DNA of 61,451 nt, filler included, from Chiloscyllium plagiosum (lineage: Eukaryota): assembly GCF_004010195.1 (NCBI RefSeq). It is 4 parts of one record of this genome, joined end to end, with 100 filler letters (N's around TTAATTAATTAA, not from the genome) between each part and the next. Parts side by side here need not be neighbours in the genome. Positions count along the whole stretch, not along the records: positions 19,766 to 49,004 come from NC_057714.1; positions 49,105 to 54,708 come from NC_057714.1; 2 more parts are not named here. One strand, given 5' to 3'. The notes under the pieces are model-generated. The model ran no database searches and was not told the origin of the DNA. It saw only the letters and a list, made by a program, of their open reading frames with translations. Below, piece after piece: positions 37,093 to 50,049 of this stretch (positions are counted from its first letter, which is position 1; every line of letters starts with the position of its first letter). Position numbers and translations under genes: made by a program.

Positions 37093-38457
37093 CAGCCAGG
37101 GAACTATAGACTGGTGAGCTTGACATCGGTGGTGGGCAAGTTGTTGGAGGGAAACTTGAGAGACAGGTTTTACATGTGTTTGGTAAGGCAAGGACTGATC
37201 ATGGATAGTCAACATGGCTTTGAGTCTCATTAACTTGATTGCATTTTTAGCAAGTAACAAAGAGGATTTATGAGGGCAGAGTAATGGACTTGATTTATAT
37301 GGACTTCAGTAAGGCATTCGACACAGTTCCTCACGATAGACTGATTAGCAAGGTTAGATCACATGGAATACAGGGAGAACTAGCCATTTGGATACAGAAC
37401 TAGCTCAAAGGTAAAAGACAGAGGGTGGTGGTGGAGGGTTGCTTTCCAGACAGGAGGCCTGTGACCAGTGGAGTGCCACAAGGATCGGTGCTAGGTCCAC
37501 TACTTTTCATCATTTATATAAATGATCTGGATGTGATAAGATGTATAGTTAGTAAGTTGGCAGATGACACCAAAATTGGAGCTGTCATGATCAGCGAAGG
37601 TTATCTCAGAGTACAATGGGATGTTGATCAGATGGGCTAATGGGGCGAGAAGTGGCAGATGGAGTTTAATTTAGATAAATGTGAGGTGCTGCATTTTAGA
37701 AAGGCAAATCAGAGCAGGACTTATACGCTTAATGCTAAGGTCCTGGGGAGTGTTGCTGAACAAAGAGACCTTGCAGTGCAGGTTCATAGTTCCTTGACAG
37801 TGGAGTCACAAGTAGATAGGATAGTGAAGAAGGCATTTGGTATGCTTTCCTTTATTGGTCAGAACATTGAGTATAGGAGTTGGGAGGTCATGTTGCGGCT
37901 GTGCAGGACATTGGTTAGGCTACTGTTGGAATATTGCGTGCAATTCTGGTCTCCCTCCCATTGGAAGGATGTTGTGAAACTTGAAAGGGTTCAGAAAAGA
38001 TGTTGCCAGGAATTGAGAATTTGAGCTATAGGGTGAGGCTAAATGGCTGAGGCTGTTTTCCTTGGAGCATCGGAGGCTGAGAGGTGACTTTATAGAAGTT
38101 TATAAAATCATGACGTGCATGGATAGGGTGAATAGACAAGATTATTTCCCTGGGTAGGGGGAGTTCAAAACTAGGTGGCATAAAGGTGTCGTGAGAAGGG
38201 AAAGATTGAAAAGGGGCCTAAGAGGCAATTTTTTCACACAGAGGGTGGTGCATGTATGGAATGAACTGCCAGAGGAAGTGGTGGAGACTGGCACAATTAC
38301 AACATTTAAAAGGCATCTGGATTGATAAATGAATAGGAAGGGTTTAGAGGGATGTGGGCCAAGTACTGGCAAATGGGACTAGATTAGGTTAAGATATCTG
38401 GTCAGTATAAATGAGTTCGACCAAAGGGTCTGTTTCCATGCTGTGCACCTCTATGAC
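37093..38457 (+). mobile_element. CR1 LINE RT to 3' end, nested in Tx1
   Basis: [31 protein letters not shown]. Confidence 0.95.
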
Positions 38458-38500
38458 ACTGTTAGGAGAAGCAAATGGCCTGGCACTGTCTTGTTGACCA

Positions 38501-39491
38501 GAAGAAGGTGAGGACTGCAGATGCTGGAGATAAGAGTCGAGAATGTGTGCTGGAAAAGCACTGCAGGTCAGGCAGCATCCGAGGAGCAGGAGAGATGCTG
38601 TTTCAAGTAAATGTCCTTCATCAGAAATGAGGGGGTGGCCGAAAGATACATTGGAAGGGGAGGTGGGGCTGGAAATGCCTGTAGAAGAAGGTGGGAGTGA
38701 AGGTGATAGGTTGGAGAGGAGGGTGGAGCAGATAGGTGGGAAGGAAGATGCAGAGATAGGACAATTCAAGAGGGTGGGGCCAAGTTTGAAGGTTGGATCT
38801 GGGATAAGGTGGGGAGAGGGGAAATGAGGAAACTGGTGAAACCACATTGATCCCGTGTAGTTGGAAGGTCCCAAGATGGATGATGAGGTGTTCTTCCTCC
38901 AGATGTCAGATGGTTAGGGTTTGGCAGTGGAGGAGACCCAGGATATGGATGTCTTTGGCAGAGTGGGAGTTAAAATGTTTGGCCACAGGGTGGTGGGGTT
39001 GTTTAGTGCATGTGTCTCTGAAACATTCTGCAAATTGGCACCCTGTCTCACCTGTGTAGAAATCACATCAAGAGCAATGGACACAGTGGATGTCGGTAAA
39101 TCTCTGTCAGATGTTGTAGGATCCTTTGGGGCCTTGGACAGAGATGAGGGGGCAGTGTGGGTGCAGGTTTTGCACTGCTTGCAGTGGCAAGGAAAGGTGC
39201 CAGAAGTGGAGGGCTGGTTGGACGGGTGTGTGGACCTTACAAGGGAGTCTTGGAGGGAATGGTCTCTCCAGAGCACACATAGAGAAAGGGAGGGAAATCC
39301 CTGGTGATGGGGTCTGTTTATAGGTGGCAGAGATGACGGAGGATGATGCAATGTATCTGGAGATTGGTGGGGTGGAAAGTGAGGACCAGGGGTGTTGTCC
39401 TTTTTGCGATTGGAGGAATGGCGTTCTAGGGCAGAGGAGCGGGAAGTGGAGGAAGGCATCGTTGACCACATGGGAGGGAAAACTGCAGTGT
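38501..39491 (-). mobile_element. PLE 3' part nested in Tx1 with 7-bp TSD
   Basis: GTFPCHCKQCKTC; TTGACCA at 38494-38500 and 39492-39498; hammerhead-like core at ~38597-38627. Confidence 0.9.
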
Positions 39492-41039
39492 TTGACCAAC
39501 AAAATCTCTAGCTGAATATGTGGGTCCAACAATATAGCTGGAACTGGTGGCAAAGTGACTCATGTTGACCCGCCCCTTTGCTGCCCCAGGAGCCAGATGT
39601 GTCTGTCTCCCAGGTGGTATGAGTTTGTTACAAGAAGCACACTGCATACCTCCTGTTCCGGAGGACCAAGAACTTCTGGAATCTGCATTGTGACTTCCTG
39701 CCGCTGATGTTGAGGGTGGCTGTGATAGTCTTCATGTCAGCAACACTGGGCCACCATCACCAAATTTAAAAATACCCAGGGCGTGTGAGTCCCTCGTGAG
39801 TCCATCAAGAAAGGTTCTGAACGCCCACCTGGCTTCTGGCTATTCCAGATGCACTGAGTTGCCCAGGTGGACCAGAAGTCCCAGTTTGAAATCATGACAG
39901 CGCTCCAGAGCCAGATGGACTCTATCGTGAGAAGAGACTTTTTGCCAGAACGTGGCAGAGGTCCAATGGTGATAATGGGGAACTAAGTGGGGGATACCAG
40001 TGAATCCAAAGCCTCGGTGGAGACTGACTCCCGCGTCATCCCCAGTGCCCACCATCCAGCCCACGACCTCTTCTGGGTGGTCGTCCTCTGCCACCAGCCC
40101 CTTCCCCACTGTGAAAGTGGGAGTGGCCTGGTGCCACCAACTAACTCTGTTCTCCCAACAACACCACCCCCAGGGTTACCAGAAGGGGTTTCCTCGGTGG
40201 ACTCCTTCAGGGATATTCCACATCTGGATATTGGGTGGTGGAGAGTCTGGGTGCCTGCTCCTCTCCCAATACTGGGTCCCCTGATCCCTCAGGGAAATGG
40301 TCCTCCCCCAAGACTGAGGAGCCCGGTAAAACAGTCTGGGAGGGAGGAAAATACCTCCCCCCTCCCCACCACTTGATGACCCAGTAAGGGTTGCGATACC
40401 CATGCCACGGCCCTCACAAGGCTCCGGTTTCTCCCTGAGGGTCGATGGGAATTCAGCTACAGGAGGGCCCACTAGGCCATGACCCGTCTCCTGTGGCCAT
40501 GCAGGAGGCTCTTCTCGAGGGAGAGGTCAGGTGAATAAAGACCTGACATTGGAAGGAGTAGATATGTTGGATGCTACTTTTCTTCAGACCGAATAGTATG
40601 GGCAAAATTCCTGACCTCACCTCAGCTGCAAATTGGGGAGGAGGAGCTCACTGGCAACAAAAGGCAGGACTTTGGAAATCATGACCCTCAGTGCTGTGAC
40701 TTCCAGAGGGTCAATGGCAACAAGGTTCCATTCACAATGAGCCCCTTCTCCAAGACCAGGCCCACTCGGTCCAAAGGAAAAAGATGTCTTCCCATACATC
40801 TTAGAGACATCATTATGCAGATGGACCAACAACACTGACCGTCACCTTAATGCAGACCTCTATGGTCATATCTGAGTTGGCATAACTTTCAAGCCCCAGG
40901 CTCTTTCTGAGGAGCCTGAAGGGTGATAGAGCCACTGCTGGAACAGAAGCAACAGTAGTTACACCAGCATAAGCACAGATAGACTCCACCTTAGGCAAAT
41001 GTAGCATTGAGGTCACCGTAGGTTTATTTTTTAGGGTGC

Positions 41040-41251
41040 TGTACTGATTGTAACAAGGTTAGCCAAGTGGACCTCATGGAATGAGTTACCTGAGTGGGGC
41101 TGTCAAATTGGTTCATTCAGGGAGCCCTGGCTGACAGATATAAACAGGAGTGTCAGGGGTTCTGTTCACTCTGTGAGGTGGCTCTAAGGGAGCAGGACTC
41201 TCCATGTGTAAATAAAGAATGATGGACAGCAGTCTCTGTGGATTTACTTTA
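41040..41251 (+). mobile_element. Solo LTR (212 bp), probably Gypsy-type
   Basis: TG...TA ends (CA mutated); 5-bp TSD GGTGC at 41035-41039 and 41252-41256; TATAAA followed by AATAAA. Confidence 0.8.
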
Positions 41252-41774
41252 GGTGCTGAATCAGGCAAGTCAAGATGCCCCCGGCAGTACTGGTCACAAT
41301 TTCAGGGTTGGCTCCAGGCAGCAACAATAGTCTCAGGGAGCCCCAGGTGGAGCACCCGCGAACAGTCTTGAGGGGGGATTCCAGGCAGCAGCACTAACAC
41401 AGAGCCCCAAGTCCATTCCTCTGCTCATCTCCCCAGAAGGCAATCAACTTCCTTTAGGATGTGGTACAATCTCCCAGGCCTCCTGCTTCAAAGGTAGGGA
41501 TATTATCACTGAACCACAAGGACTCAGACCCTTAGTTTTTTAAAATTTAACCTACCTTTTACTCAACCTGTTCAGAGATGTTATTGAACACCAATGAACT
41601 CAGGTGGGGCGGTTGGGTTGGTTGGTGCGGGTGTTCCAGAGGTGTTCTCTGAAACATTCCCCAGGCAGGGACACTACCACTTCGCCAAAAAAGTTTTCTC
41701 TACAGACTCTTAATCTATAGTCCCTTTGTGATTATCACTGGTCCCTCCACCCTGCCACTTAATTAAAGATTACA

Positions 41775-42260
41775 TAAGAATATAAGAAATAGGAGCAGGA
41801 GTAGGCTATCTGTACCCTCGTGTCTGCTCCACCATTTCATAAGATCATGGCTGATCTTTTTTCCCCTTTTTATTTTACCCCTACACTACTGCCTAGCTAC
41901 GGTAGTGCTTATTTTCCCCCCCCACACCCATAGTGTGTGTTTGCGCAGGTATGAGACACAGTGAGAGACACAAGGTGCACAAATCTTTATTCAATTTCCA
42001 CCACCAGGAAGAAAAGAAACACCCGAGTGGCCAGTGACAAGCAGTGTCCTTCACATCAAAGGGCAATGCTGCGTGATCAAACAGTGAAGGGGAGGTCAGG
42101 GATTAAATCAAAATAGAATTAGACGGGGAAATAATAATCATGGGTGATCATTTTGTGGATCCGCTCCACTTACCCAGCTGCTCATCATAACTCTTAATTC
42201 CTTTACTGTTCAAAAATATCTCTAACTTCGCCTTAAAAACATTCCAGTGAGGTAGTCATG
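41775..42260 (-). mobile_element. CR1 3' end interrupted by an insertion
   Basis: cataagaa tail and ggagtagg motif; sequence resumes after 42137. Confidence 0.75.
41857..42136 (-). mobile_element. 5'-truncated A-tailed retroposon (L1/Tx1-type 3' UTR)
   Basis: 13-bp TSD atcatgg(c/g)tgatc at 41844-41856 and 42137-42149; A-rich tail; terminal stem cactac...gtagtg. Confidence 0.75.
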
Positions 42261-42469
42261 TTTTGCTGGCAGCTACTCATAATTTAGATTGTCTCCTGTC
42301 TGAGACTGTTAAATGAGACTCAGTCTAAAAATGGCTTATTTTAAAGATAATGTATTAATACAAAGCATTGTCTTGTACTAGACAACTATATATGTTTGTT
42401 TTTTAAAAAAACTCAAGATACCTAAATTACTTAGTAAGAGTTATCACCACACTGTCTTTGTGGAGATGA

Positions 42470-42800
42470 AGCTGAAAAATGTGTTGCTAGAAAAGCACAG
42501 CAGGTCAGGCAGCATCCAAGGGGCAGGAGAATCGATGTTTTGGGCATAAGCCCTTCTTCAGGAATGAGGAAGGTGTGCCAAGCAGGCGAAGATAAAAGGT
42601 AGGGAGGGGGGACTTGGGGGAGGGTTGGAGGGTTCCTAGCCAGAAGATGAGGCGCTCTTCCTCCAGGCATCGTGTTGCCATGGTCTGGTGATGGAGGAGG
42701 CCAAGGACCGTGCCTCCCTTGTCTGTTGGTTTCATAGTGAGGTTGGGGTTGGAGCGAAGGGCTGCACGTTGCGAGGGTGAGAGGTTGGAGTGGGTAAGAG
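42470..42800 (-). mobile_element. PLE fragments with terminus
   Basis: LEEERLIFWLGTLQP; KPTDKGG; hammerhead-like core at 42531-42565. Confidence 0.85.
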
Positions 42801-43300
42801 NNNNNNNNNNNNNNNNNNNNNNNNNNNNNNNNNNNNNNNNNNNNNNNNNNNNNNNNNNNNNNNNNNNNNNNNNNNNNNNNNNNNNNNNNNNNNNNNNNNN
42901 NNNNNNNNNNNNNNNNNNNNNNNNNNNNNNNNNNNNNNNNNNNNNNNNNNNNNNNNNNNNNNNNNNNNNNNNNNNNNNNNNNNNNNNNNNNNNNNNNNNN
43001 NNNNNNNNNNNNNNNNNNNNNNNNNNNNNNNNNNNNNNNNNNNNNNNNNNNNNNNNNNNNNNNNNNNNNNNNNNNNNNNNNNNNNNNNNNNNNNNNNNNN
43101 NNNNNNNNNNNNNNNNNNNNNNNNNNNNNNNNNNNNNNNNNNNNNNNNNNNNNNNNNNNNNNNNNNNNNNNNNNNNNNNNNNNNNNNNNNNNNNNNNNNN
43201 NNNNNNNNNNNNNNNNNNNNNNNNNNNNNNNNNNNNNNNNNNNNNNNNNNNNNNNNNNNNNNNNNNNNNNNNNNNNNNNNNNNNNNNNNNNNNNNNNNNN

Positions 43301-43520
43301 TCCATGGTTAACCTAACCTACACAACCCTGAACACTATGGGCAGTTTAAGCATGACCAATCCACCTAATTTGCACATCTTTGGGCTGAGGAAACTGGAGC
43401 ACCCACACAGACACAAGGAGAACATGCAAACTCCCCTCTGACAGTTGACTGAGGATGGAATTGAACCCAGATCCCTGTAACTGTGAGGCAACAGTGCTAA
43501 CCACTGAGCCACCATGCTCC
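43301..43520 (-). mobile_element. HE1-type (V-SINE) tRNA-derived SINE
   Basis: A box TGGCTCAGTGG; B box GGTTCAATTCC. Confidence 0.9.
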
Positions 43521-43524
43521 TGTG

Positions 43525-44633
43525 CAATCTGTAACCTCATAGCCCAGTATATCCCACTCAATCATTACCATCAAGCCAGGGAATCAATCCTGGTTCAATG
43601 AAGAGTGCAGAAGCACAGGGCAGGAGTAGCACCAAGCGTTCCTAAAACTGAAGTATTAACCTGATGAAGGTATCAAACAGCACAAGTAGTAAGTAATAGA
43701 CAAAGCTAAGTGATCCCACAATCAACAGATCAGATCTAAGGTTTGCAGACATTTAAGTAACTTGCTCAAGGTCGAGGCTCCACAAATATCCACATTCTTA
43801 ATGATGGAATGAGCACAACAAAACAGTGCAAAACATAAGGCTGAAGTATTTGCAGGAATCTTCAGTCAGAAGTGTCAAGCGGATGATCCACCTCAGTCTC
43901 CTCCAGTGATCCTCAGCATTACAGATACCAGTCTTTAGTAATTCAAATCACTCAAGAAATGGTTGGACTCACTGAGTGCTGCAAAGGCTATGGGCCCTAA
44001 CAGCATTTCAGCAGCGGCCTGAAGACTTGTGCTCCAGAACTTGCCACCCCCTCAGCCAAGCTGTTCCAGTACAGTGACAACATGGCATCCACCAACAATG
44101 TGGAAAATTGCCAAAGTATGTGCAGTACACCTAAAAAAAGGACAAATCTAACACTGTTAATTATCACCCATCAGTGTACTCTCAATCATCAATAAAGTGA
44201 TGGAAGGTGACATCAACGGTGCTATCCAGCAGCACCTGCTCAGTAATAACTTGTTCATTGACACCAAGTTTGGGTTCCACCAGGGCCACTCAGCTCCTGA
44301 CCTCATGACAGCCTTGATTCAAACATGGACAAAAGAGCTGAATTCCGTTCGGTGAGGGGAGAGTGACAGCCCTTAACATCAAAGAGCCCTAGCAAAACTG
44401 GAATCAATGGGTATCAGGAGGCAAATTCTCTGCTGGTTGGAGTCATAGCTGGCAAATAGAAAGATTTGTCAGCTTTGATAAAGGGTCAGTTAGACTCAAA
44501 ACATCAGCTCTTTCCTCTACCTACATATACTGCCAAACCTGCAGAGATTTTCCAGCATTTTCTCTTTTGGAGGAAGATTGTTGAGTTTGTTAGAAGTCAA
44601 TTATCTCAGCTACAGGACATCTCTGCAGGAGTT
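43525..44633 (+). mobile_element. LINE family B ORF2 fragment (PLE-end relic inserted at ~44470-44570)
   Basis: PWFNEEC; KAMGPNSI; NYHPISVLSIINKVMEG; FGFHQGHS. Confidence 0.88.
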
Positions 44634-45043
44634 TGTCATATAGGGCTTAAAAATCAGACCATTATGGGTTAATTGTTCATGGCAATGAGCAAATGAAGGA
44701 AAGCAAAGTACATGGAAAAGCAGGTCTAATGCAAAAGAGCATGATTGACTGAGAAGCAACCACATGACATTGAATGGGGAAGGAAACTGTAGGGGTTGGG
44801 CACAATTGAAATGTGGAGCTTGTCCTTGCTAAGTATGCACCTGTCAGGCAGGGAAGAAGTGTTCAGGCGAGGGAACCATTATTTACTAAAGAAGTTGAAT
44901 CTCGTCAAGCAGAAGGAGGAAGCTTCTGTTAAGATGACGTGTGAAGACTCAGCTAGGGTGCTTGAGAGATACATGTTAGCCAGAAAGGACCTAAAGAGAG
45001 AGCTAAGAGTCAGGAGGGATCATAAGAGGTTTTTAGAAGGTAG

Positions 45044-45634
45044 TGTGGGATATAAATGAATTAATGTTATTTCTGCAAGTACAAATTCTGATACAGAATA
45101 GGAATGAGAAAATACATATTCAGCAAAAAGAAAGGATGTGTTAGCATGAGACATGAATACAGAACAATGGTGGATATATGGGCAAACAGGAAAGCATCTG
45201 TTTCCCCCTTACACGGGGACACAGGAACAAACCCTAATCAAAGAGGTCAAAGTGGCCTCTGGATGGAAATAGATGCTGATAGAAGAAAAGATATGCCTAA
45301 TCAATAATCTACAATAGACTGACGTCAAACACCCTTATGGGAGTCAGAGATAAGAGTTTGTCACGGACAAGACAGGATAAACAGAAGTTGTGGGATAAGT
45401 CTTAAGGAAATGAGTGACGTAAGCGAAGCAGGGAACAGACAATGGAATAAGGAAAACATATGGGAAAAAACAGTATAAATTGCAAGGGTTTTTTGGGATA
45501 TACTGTGCATTTTGTCATTACCTTACCTGGTAATTAGACAAAGCACCCACCTATAGGTGTATAAATAAAACAACGCTGTTATTCAGAAATTAGTCTCGGA
45601 CTGAAATTATTAAAGTGAGCTTTTGTTTCTCACA
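45044..45634 (+). mobile_element. Solo LTR (591 bp), ERV1- or Gypsy-like
   Basis: TGTGGGA...TCTCACA inverted ends; 4-bp TSD GTAG at 45040-45043 and 45635-45638; TATAAAT at 45474; AATAAA at 45564. Confidence 0.9.
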
Positions 45635-46574
45635 GTAGGATCAAGCAAAACCCTAAAGCTTTTTACAGGTATGTCAGGAATAAAATAATTACTAGAATAA
45701 CATAAGGACAGTAGTGGGAAGTTGTGTGTGGAGTCTGAAGAGATAGGAGAGGTGTTAAATGAATATTTTTTGTCAGTATTCACACAGGAAAAAGACAATG
45801 TTGTCGAGGAGAATACTGAGATCCAGGCTATTAGATTAGAAGGGATGGAGGTTCATAAGGAGGAGGTGTTAGCAATTCTGCAAAGTGTGGAAGTAGATAG
45901 GTCTCCTGGGCCGAATGGGATTTATGCTAGGATTCTCTAGGAAGTTAGGGAGATTGCATAGCCTTTGATTTTTATGTCATCAATGTTTGCAGGAATAGTG
46001 CCAGAAGACTGTGGATAGTGCAGAAGGGTGTTGCAGGTTACAGAGGGACATAGTTAAGCTGCAGAGCTGGGCTGAGAGATGGCAAAAGGGGTTTAATGTA
46101 GAAAAGTGTGAGGTGATTCACTTTGGAAGGAGTAACAGGAACATAGAGTACTGGACTAATGATAATATTCTTGGGAGTGTAGAGGAGCAGAGAGATCTCT
46201 GTGTCCATGCATATAGATCCCTGAAAGTTGCCACCAGGTTAAGCAGGCGTTTGGTCTTATCGGTAGAAATATTTCGGGGCCACGAGGTCACGTTGTAGCT
46301 GTATAAAACTGTGGTGCGGCCGCATTGCTTATAGTTCTGGTCATCGTATTACAGGAAGCATTGGAAAGGATGCAGAAGAGATTTGCCAGGATATTGCCTG
46401 GTATGGAGGGAAGGTCTTACGAGGAAAGGCTGAGGGACTTGAGGCTGTTTTCGTTAGAGAGAAGGCTAAAAGGTGACTTAATAGATACATACAAGATAAT
46501 CAGACGATTAGATAGGGTGGACAGTGACAGTCTTTTTCCTCAGATGGTGATGGCAAACACAAGGGGACATAAGA

Positions 46575-46872
46575 TTAGATTAATTACTGACAGTGTGGAA
46601 ACAGGCCCTTCGGCCCAACAAGTCCACACCGACCCGCAACCCCTCCCATTCCCCTACATTTACCCCTTTTACCTAACACTACGGGCAATTTAGCATGGCC
46701 AATTCACCTGACCTGCACATTTTTGGACTGTGGGAGGAAACCGGAGCACCCGGAGGAAACCCACGCAGACACGGGGTGAATGTGCAAACTCCACACAGTC
46801 AGCCGCCTGAGTCGGGAATTGAACCCGGGTCTCCGGCGCTGTGAGGCAGCAGTACTAACCACTGTGCCACCC
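46575..46872 (-). mobile_element. HE1-type SINE, young (CpGs retained)
   Basis: A/B boxes, V-SINE body, CR1-like tail. Confidence 0.92.
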
Positions 46873-48597
46873 ACTTTAAATTGAGGACAGATGTCAAAGA
46901 TAGTTTCTCTACTCAGAGTCTAGTAAGGGTGTGGAATGCCCTACCTGCAACAGTAATAGTCTCAACAACTTTAAAGGCATTTAAATGGTCATTGGAGAAA
47001 TGTATGGATGATAATGGAATAGTATAGGTTAGATGGGCTTCAGATTGGTTTCACAGGTCGGCATAACATCGAGGGCCAAAGGGCCTGTAATGTGCTGTAG
47101 TGTTATATGAATTGCCTGTGGAGCTAATCTTTTGTGTAATTACATGGGACGACCTGGATTTGATTCTCAGCCTGTTTTGCAGGCTGGAAAAGCACAGCAG
47201 TCATTATGAAATAGAGGTTATGTAACCTTAGATTCTAGATTCACTCATTTGTTTATTTTTGTTTCTAATATATATGAAGATTACGCTATTGAATTTGCTT
47301 CATATTACATTTAGATTTTATTGCCATGTGTACGAAGTGCAAAATACATCTTAGGTACAAAGTAGTAAGAGAAACAAAGTATAAAAAAAGTTAAACATTA
47401 CCTTCATAGAATAAGTAAAAATTAATGAAATAAGATCATAGTTAGCATTAAAGTCTTTCGTAATTTAAATTTGAATTAAATTACAAGTTTAACTGTCTTT
47501 GATGGATCCTCTGCTTATCGCGCTCACAGGGAGACCTCAGTTGCCAGTTCTCACCAGTGCTGCCACAGATATCAGGTTATCTCCTTCACCACTCAGTCCA
47601 ATTTAATCTGTTAACATTACAGACCATCGCCCTAGACATTAATGTAATATTAAAGGATTAAACTGCAGTCTTCCTCCAGAAGCTGAACATTTTGGAAGTG
47701 GGTGGGGATGACGTTCCCTTCCGTTCAGAAATACTTTCATAGCCATCCCTCAGCCATCTACAGCACTATAGCCGCCATCGTGGTATTTGTTTTATCAGAC
47801 TCATATGCATTTCCACAGTAATCGGACTGTATGTTACCCACTTCTCCAGTCAGTAGATGTGTTGTTTGTTGCCATTCCTGGGTGGAACCCCCTTAACCTA
47901 TACACAGCCACTCCCTATGTAGGCCAGAGCAGGAGGCTTGGAAGGATGGCTTCAGGCCAGTGCATAGAGCTGATAAATTCAGATAACACCCAGCCCCCTA
48001 ACTACAGAGGAGACCAGGGAAGAAAAAGTACTGCTTCCCAAGACTGTGATAAGTTCCATCCTTTTGTTGTTTAGAACAACCTATTAAGTGATTTTTTTCT
48101 CCCCTAGGAATACCGCCTCTGCATGTTTTTCTTCTCAGTTTTGCGGGAGTGTATCTTCTGTGATTTGGGATAATTATACTTGTATATACTGACCGTGTAC
48201 AACTGATGTTAATTATCTTTATTAATAATAAACCCAGAAATGTATGTATTAAGAAACCTGGTTGATAGATTTTTGCTTAAACCCTGATATGAATGATGCA
48301 ATCAATTGGTCTTTTTATTATATGCAGAAAGTTGTTTTTCACATTGCAATCCACACAGCAGTAAGTGGAGAGATGATTATTACAATTCCTATATGATTAT
48401 TGCACAACATATAACTGTGATGTTATAGGTTCCTGCTAGAGCTGCCATTCCTCAGGTCATTGATACTCGATGCACATGTGAGTAGGCCCTAGGTTATAGG
48501 TAGTTCTTCTATAACGTGATGGTTGTGTTCTTGTGCAATCTCACATTATTGAAAAATCACTTTAGAAACAACGCTTGAAGAGTTGCAGATGTCTTGA

Positions 48598-49004
48598 AGT
48601 CTTGCAACCGCAAGAAAAGCAAAACTTGCACCAACACCTCCCCCCTCACCTCCCTCCAAGGCCCCAATGGATCCTTCCATATCCGTCACAAATTCACCTG
48701 CACCTCCACACACATCATTTATTGCATCCGCTGCACCCGATGTGGCCTCCTCTACTTGCGGAACGTTTCAGAGAACACCTCTGGGATACCTGCACCAACC
48801 AACCCAACTGCCCCGTAGCTGAACACTAACTCTCCCTCTCACTCTGCCAAGGACATGCAGGTCCTTGGCCTCCTCCATCACCAGACCATAGCAACACGAC
48901 GGCTGGAGGAAGAGCACCTCATCTTCCGCCTATGAACCCTCCAACTACAAGGGATGAACTCAGATTTCCTCATTTCCCCTCCCCCCACCTTGTCTCAGTC
49001 TCAA
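48598..49004 (+). mobile_element. PLE GIY-YIG fragment
   Basis: IIYCIRCTRCGLLY; AERFREHL; LEEEHLIFRL. Confidence 0.9.
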
Positions 49005-49104
49005 NNNNNNNNNNNNNNNNNNNNNNNNNNNNNNNNNNNNNNNNNNNNTTAATTAATTAANNNNNNNNNNNNNNNNNNNNNNNNNNNNNNNNNNNNNNNN
49101 NNNN

Positions 49105-49225
49105 GTTGGAGGTGGGCGAAAGGGTCCTCGGAAGGTGGGCGGGAGTCCTGATTGTGAAAGTAAGCTCGGAGGTGGAGGCGGTGGAAGAAGTGTTCGACGT
49201 CACGGCGTGTATTAAATTCATTGAA
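49105..49225 (-). mobile_element. PLE ORF N-terminal fragment
   Basis: Minus strand NEFNTRRDVEHFFHRLHLRAYFHNQDSRPPSEDPFAHLQ. Confidence 0.75.
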
Positions 49226-50049
49226 TCCATCTTGTCATTAGCACACTGCTATTTGTGGAAGCTTGGGGTGTGTCCGTGTCCGTGCGTGTGTCGATGTATG
49301 CGTGTGTGTCTGTATGTGCGCGCGTGCGTATGTCGGCTGGTTGTGCAATATCCTGTACAAATGCAGGTCTGTCTTCCTCAATGGCTCAAACCCTCCCCAT
49401 TCTGCACTTTCCCCAAACCCCAATCAGATTAATTGTAATGAGGTGTGAAAGAAAATTTAAAAGAACAGTAGGACCACTGAGAACAGTCCAAGGGTCTGGA
49501 TTGTGGCAGAGAAGTTAATGAGATTCTTTACCTTGGTTGTGTAGGCACCTGTGGAAGTCACAATGTCTGTGTACCGAGAACACAATGTGGAACAATTGAT
49601 TTGATGACAAGAAAATAAATCAGGTTTGAAAAGGAATAGCAGCACACCAGATGAATACATCACTGGGTGACTTGCATAATAAAGCAATAATATCAAGGTG
49701 TTTTTCAGATCAATCGAATATATCCTTTATATCTGCTGCTGCTGCTGCCGTGATTATTTTGTAGCTGAAACTCTTGCTGTTTGTATCTCCAAACTTGCTT
49801 CATTTTGTCTGGGAGTTCACTGACTAGACCCTCCACCTCCCAAACTGAATGAAGTTGGAAAGGATATTGTTTGTTTATCCACCAGATTGGAGATGTTTCT
49901 TGCTGAAACTGTTCATGATAGACTGGTTAATACTTTCAAAGATTTACACTTCCTGAACCAAAGAGATAGACAGTAATCTATAAGGTTTGCACATAGCAGT
50001 CACCCCTGATATATCAATGATGGAATAGTCGAAAGGAGTGACATGCTAC

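Larger units (their letters stand above)
36770..41480 (-). mobile_element. Tx1-clade LINE 5' half (5' UTR, ORF1, APE of ORF2) split by three insertions
   Basis: ORF1 VGPSA..SKMYGK..IDPLE..RVMISKVLPF; ORF2 from ATG 39735 MKTITATLNISG..VCFL*QTHT, then VPGHLL (38460-38500), FVNLYAP, FDLVDV, SRID (36780-37090); motif order matches recalled Xenopus Tx1. Confidence 0.85.
44870..47110 (+). mobile_element. CR1 LINE (internally deleted) hosting a solo LTR and an HE1 SINE
   Basis: EVLNEYFLSVFTQE; DRSPGPNGIY; LQRDIVKLQSWAERWQ; 3' UTR. Confidence 0.9.

Noticed and set aside
39987..40376. 129-aa plus-strand ORF
   Set aside because: Antisense to the decayed Tx1 ORF1 region; no independent motif
42505..43441. 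Long ORFs across gaps (also 57262-58078)
   Set aside because: Mostly X residues from N runs
48500..48590. Possible Tigger-like terminal sequence
   Set aside because: Only one short end with no partner TIR; too weak to call
49105..49330. CpG-rich stretch with GACGTCA as a second promoter
   Set aside because: Explained by a young PLE ORF fragment plus a TG/CG-rich simple repeat
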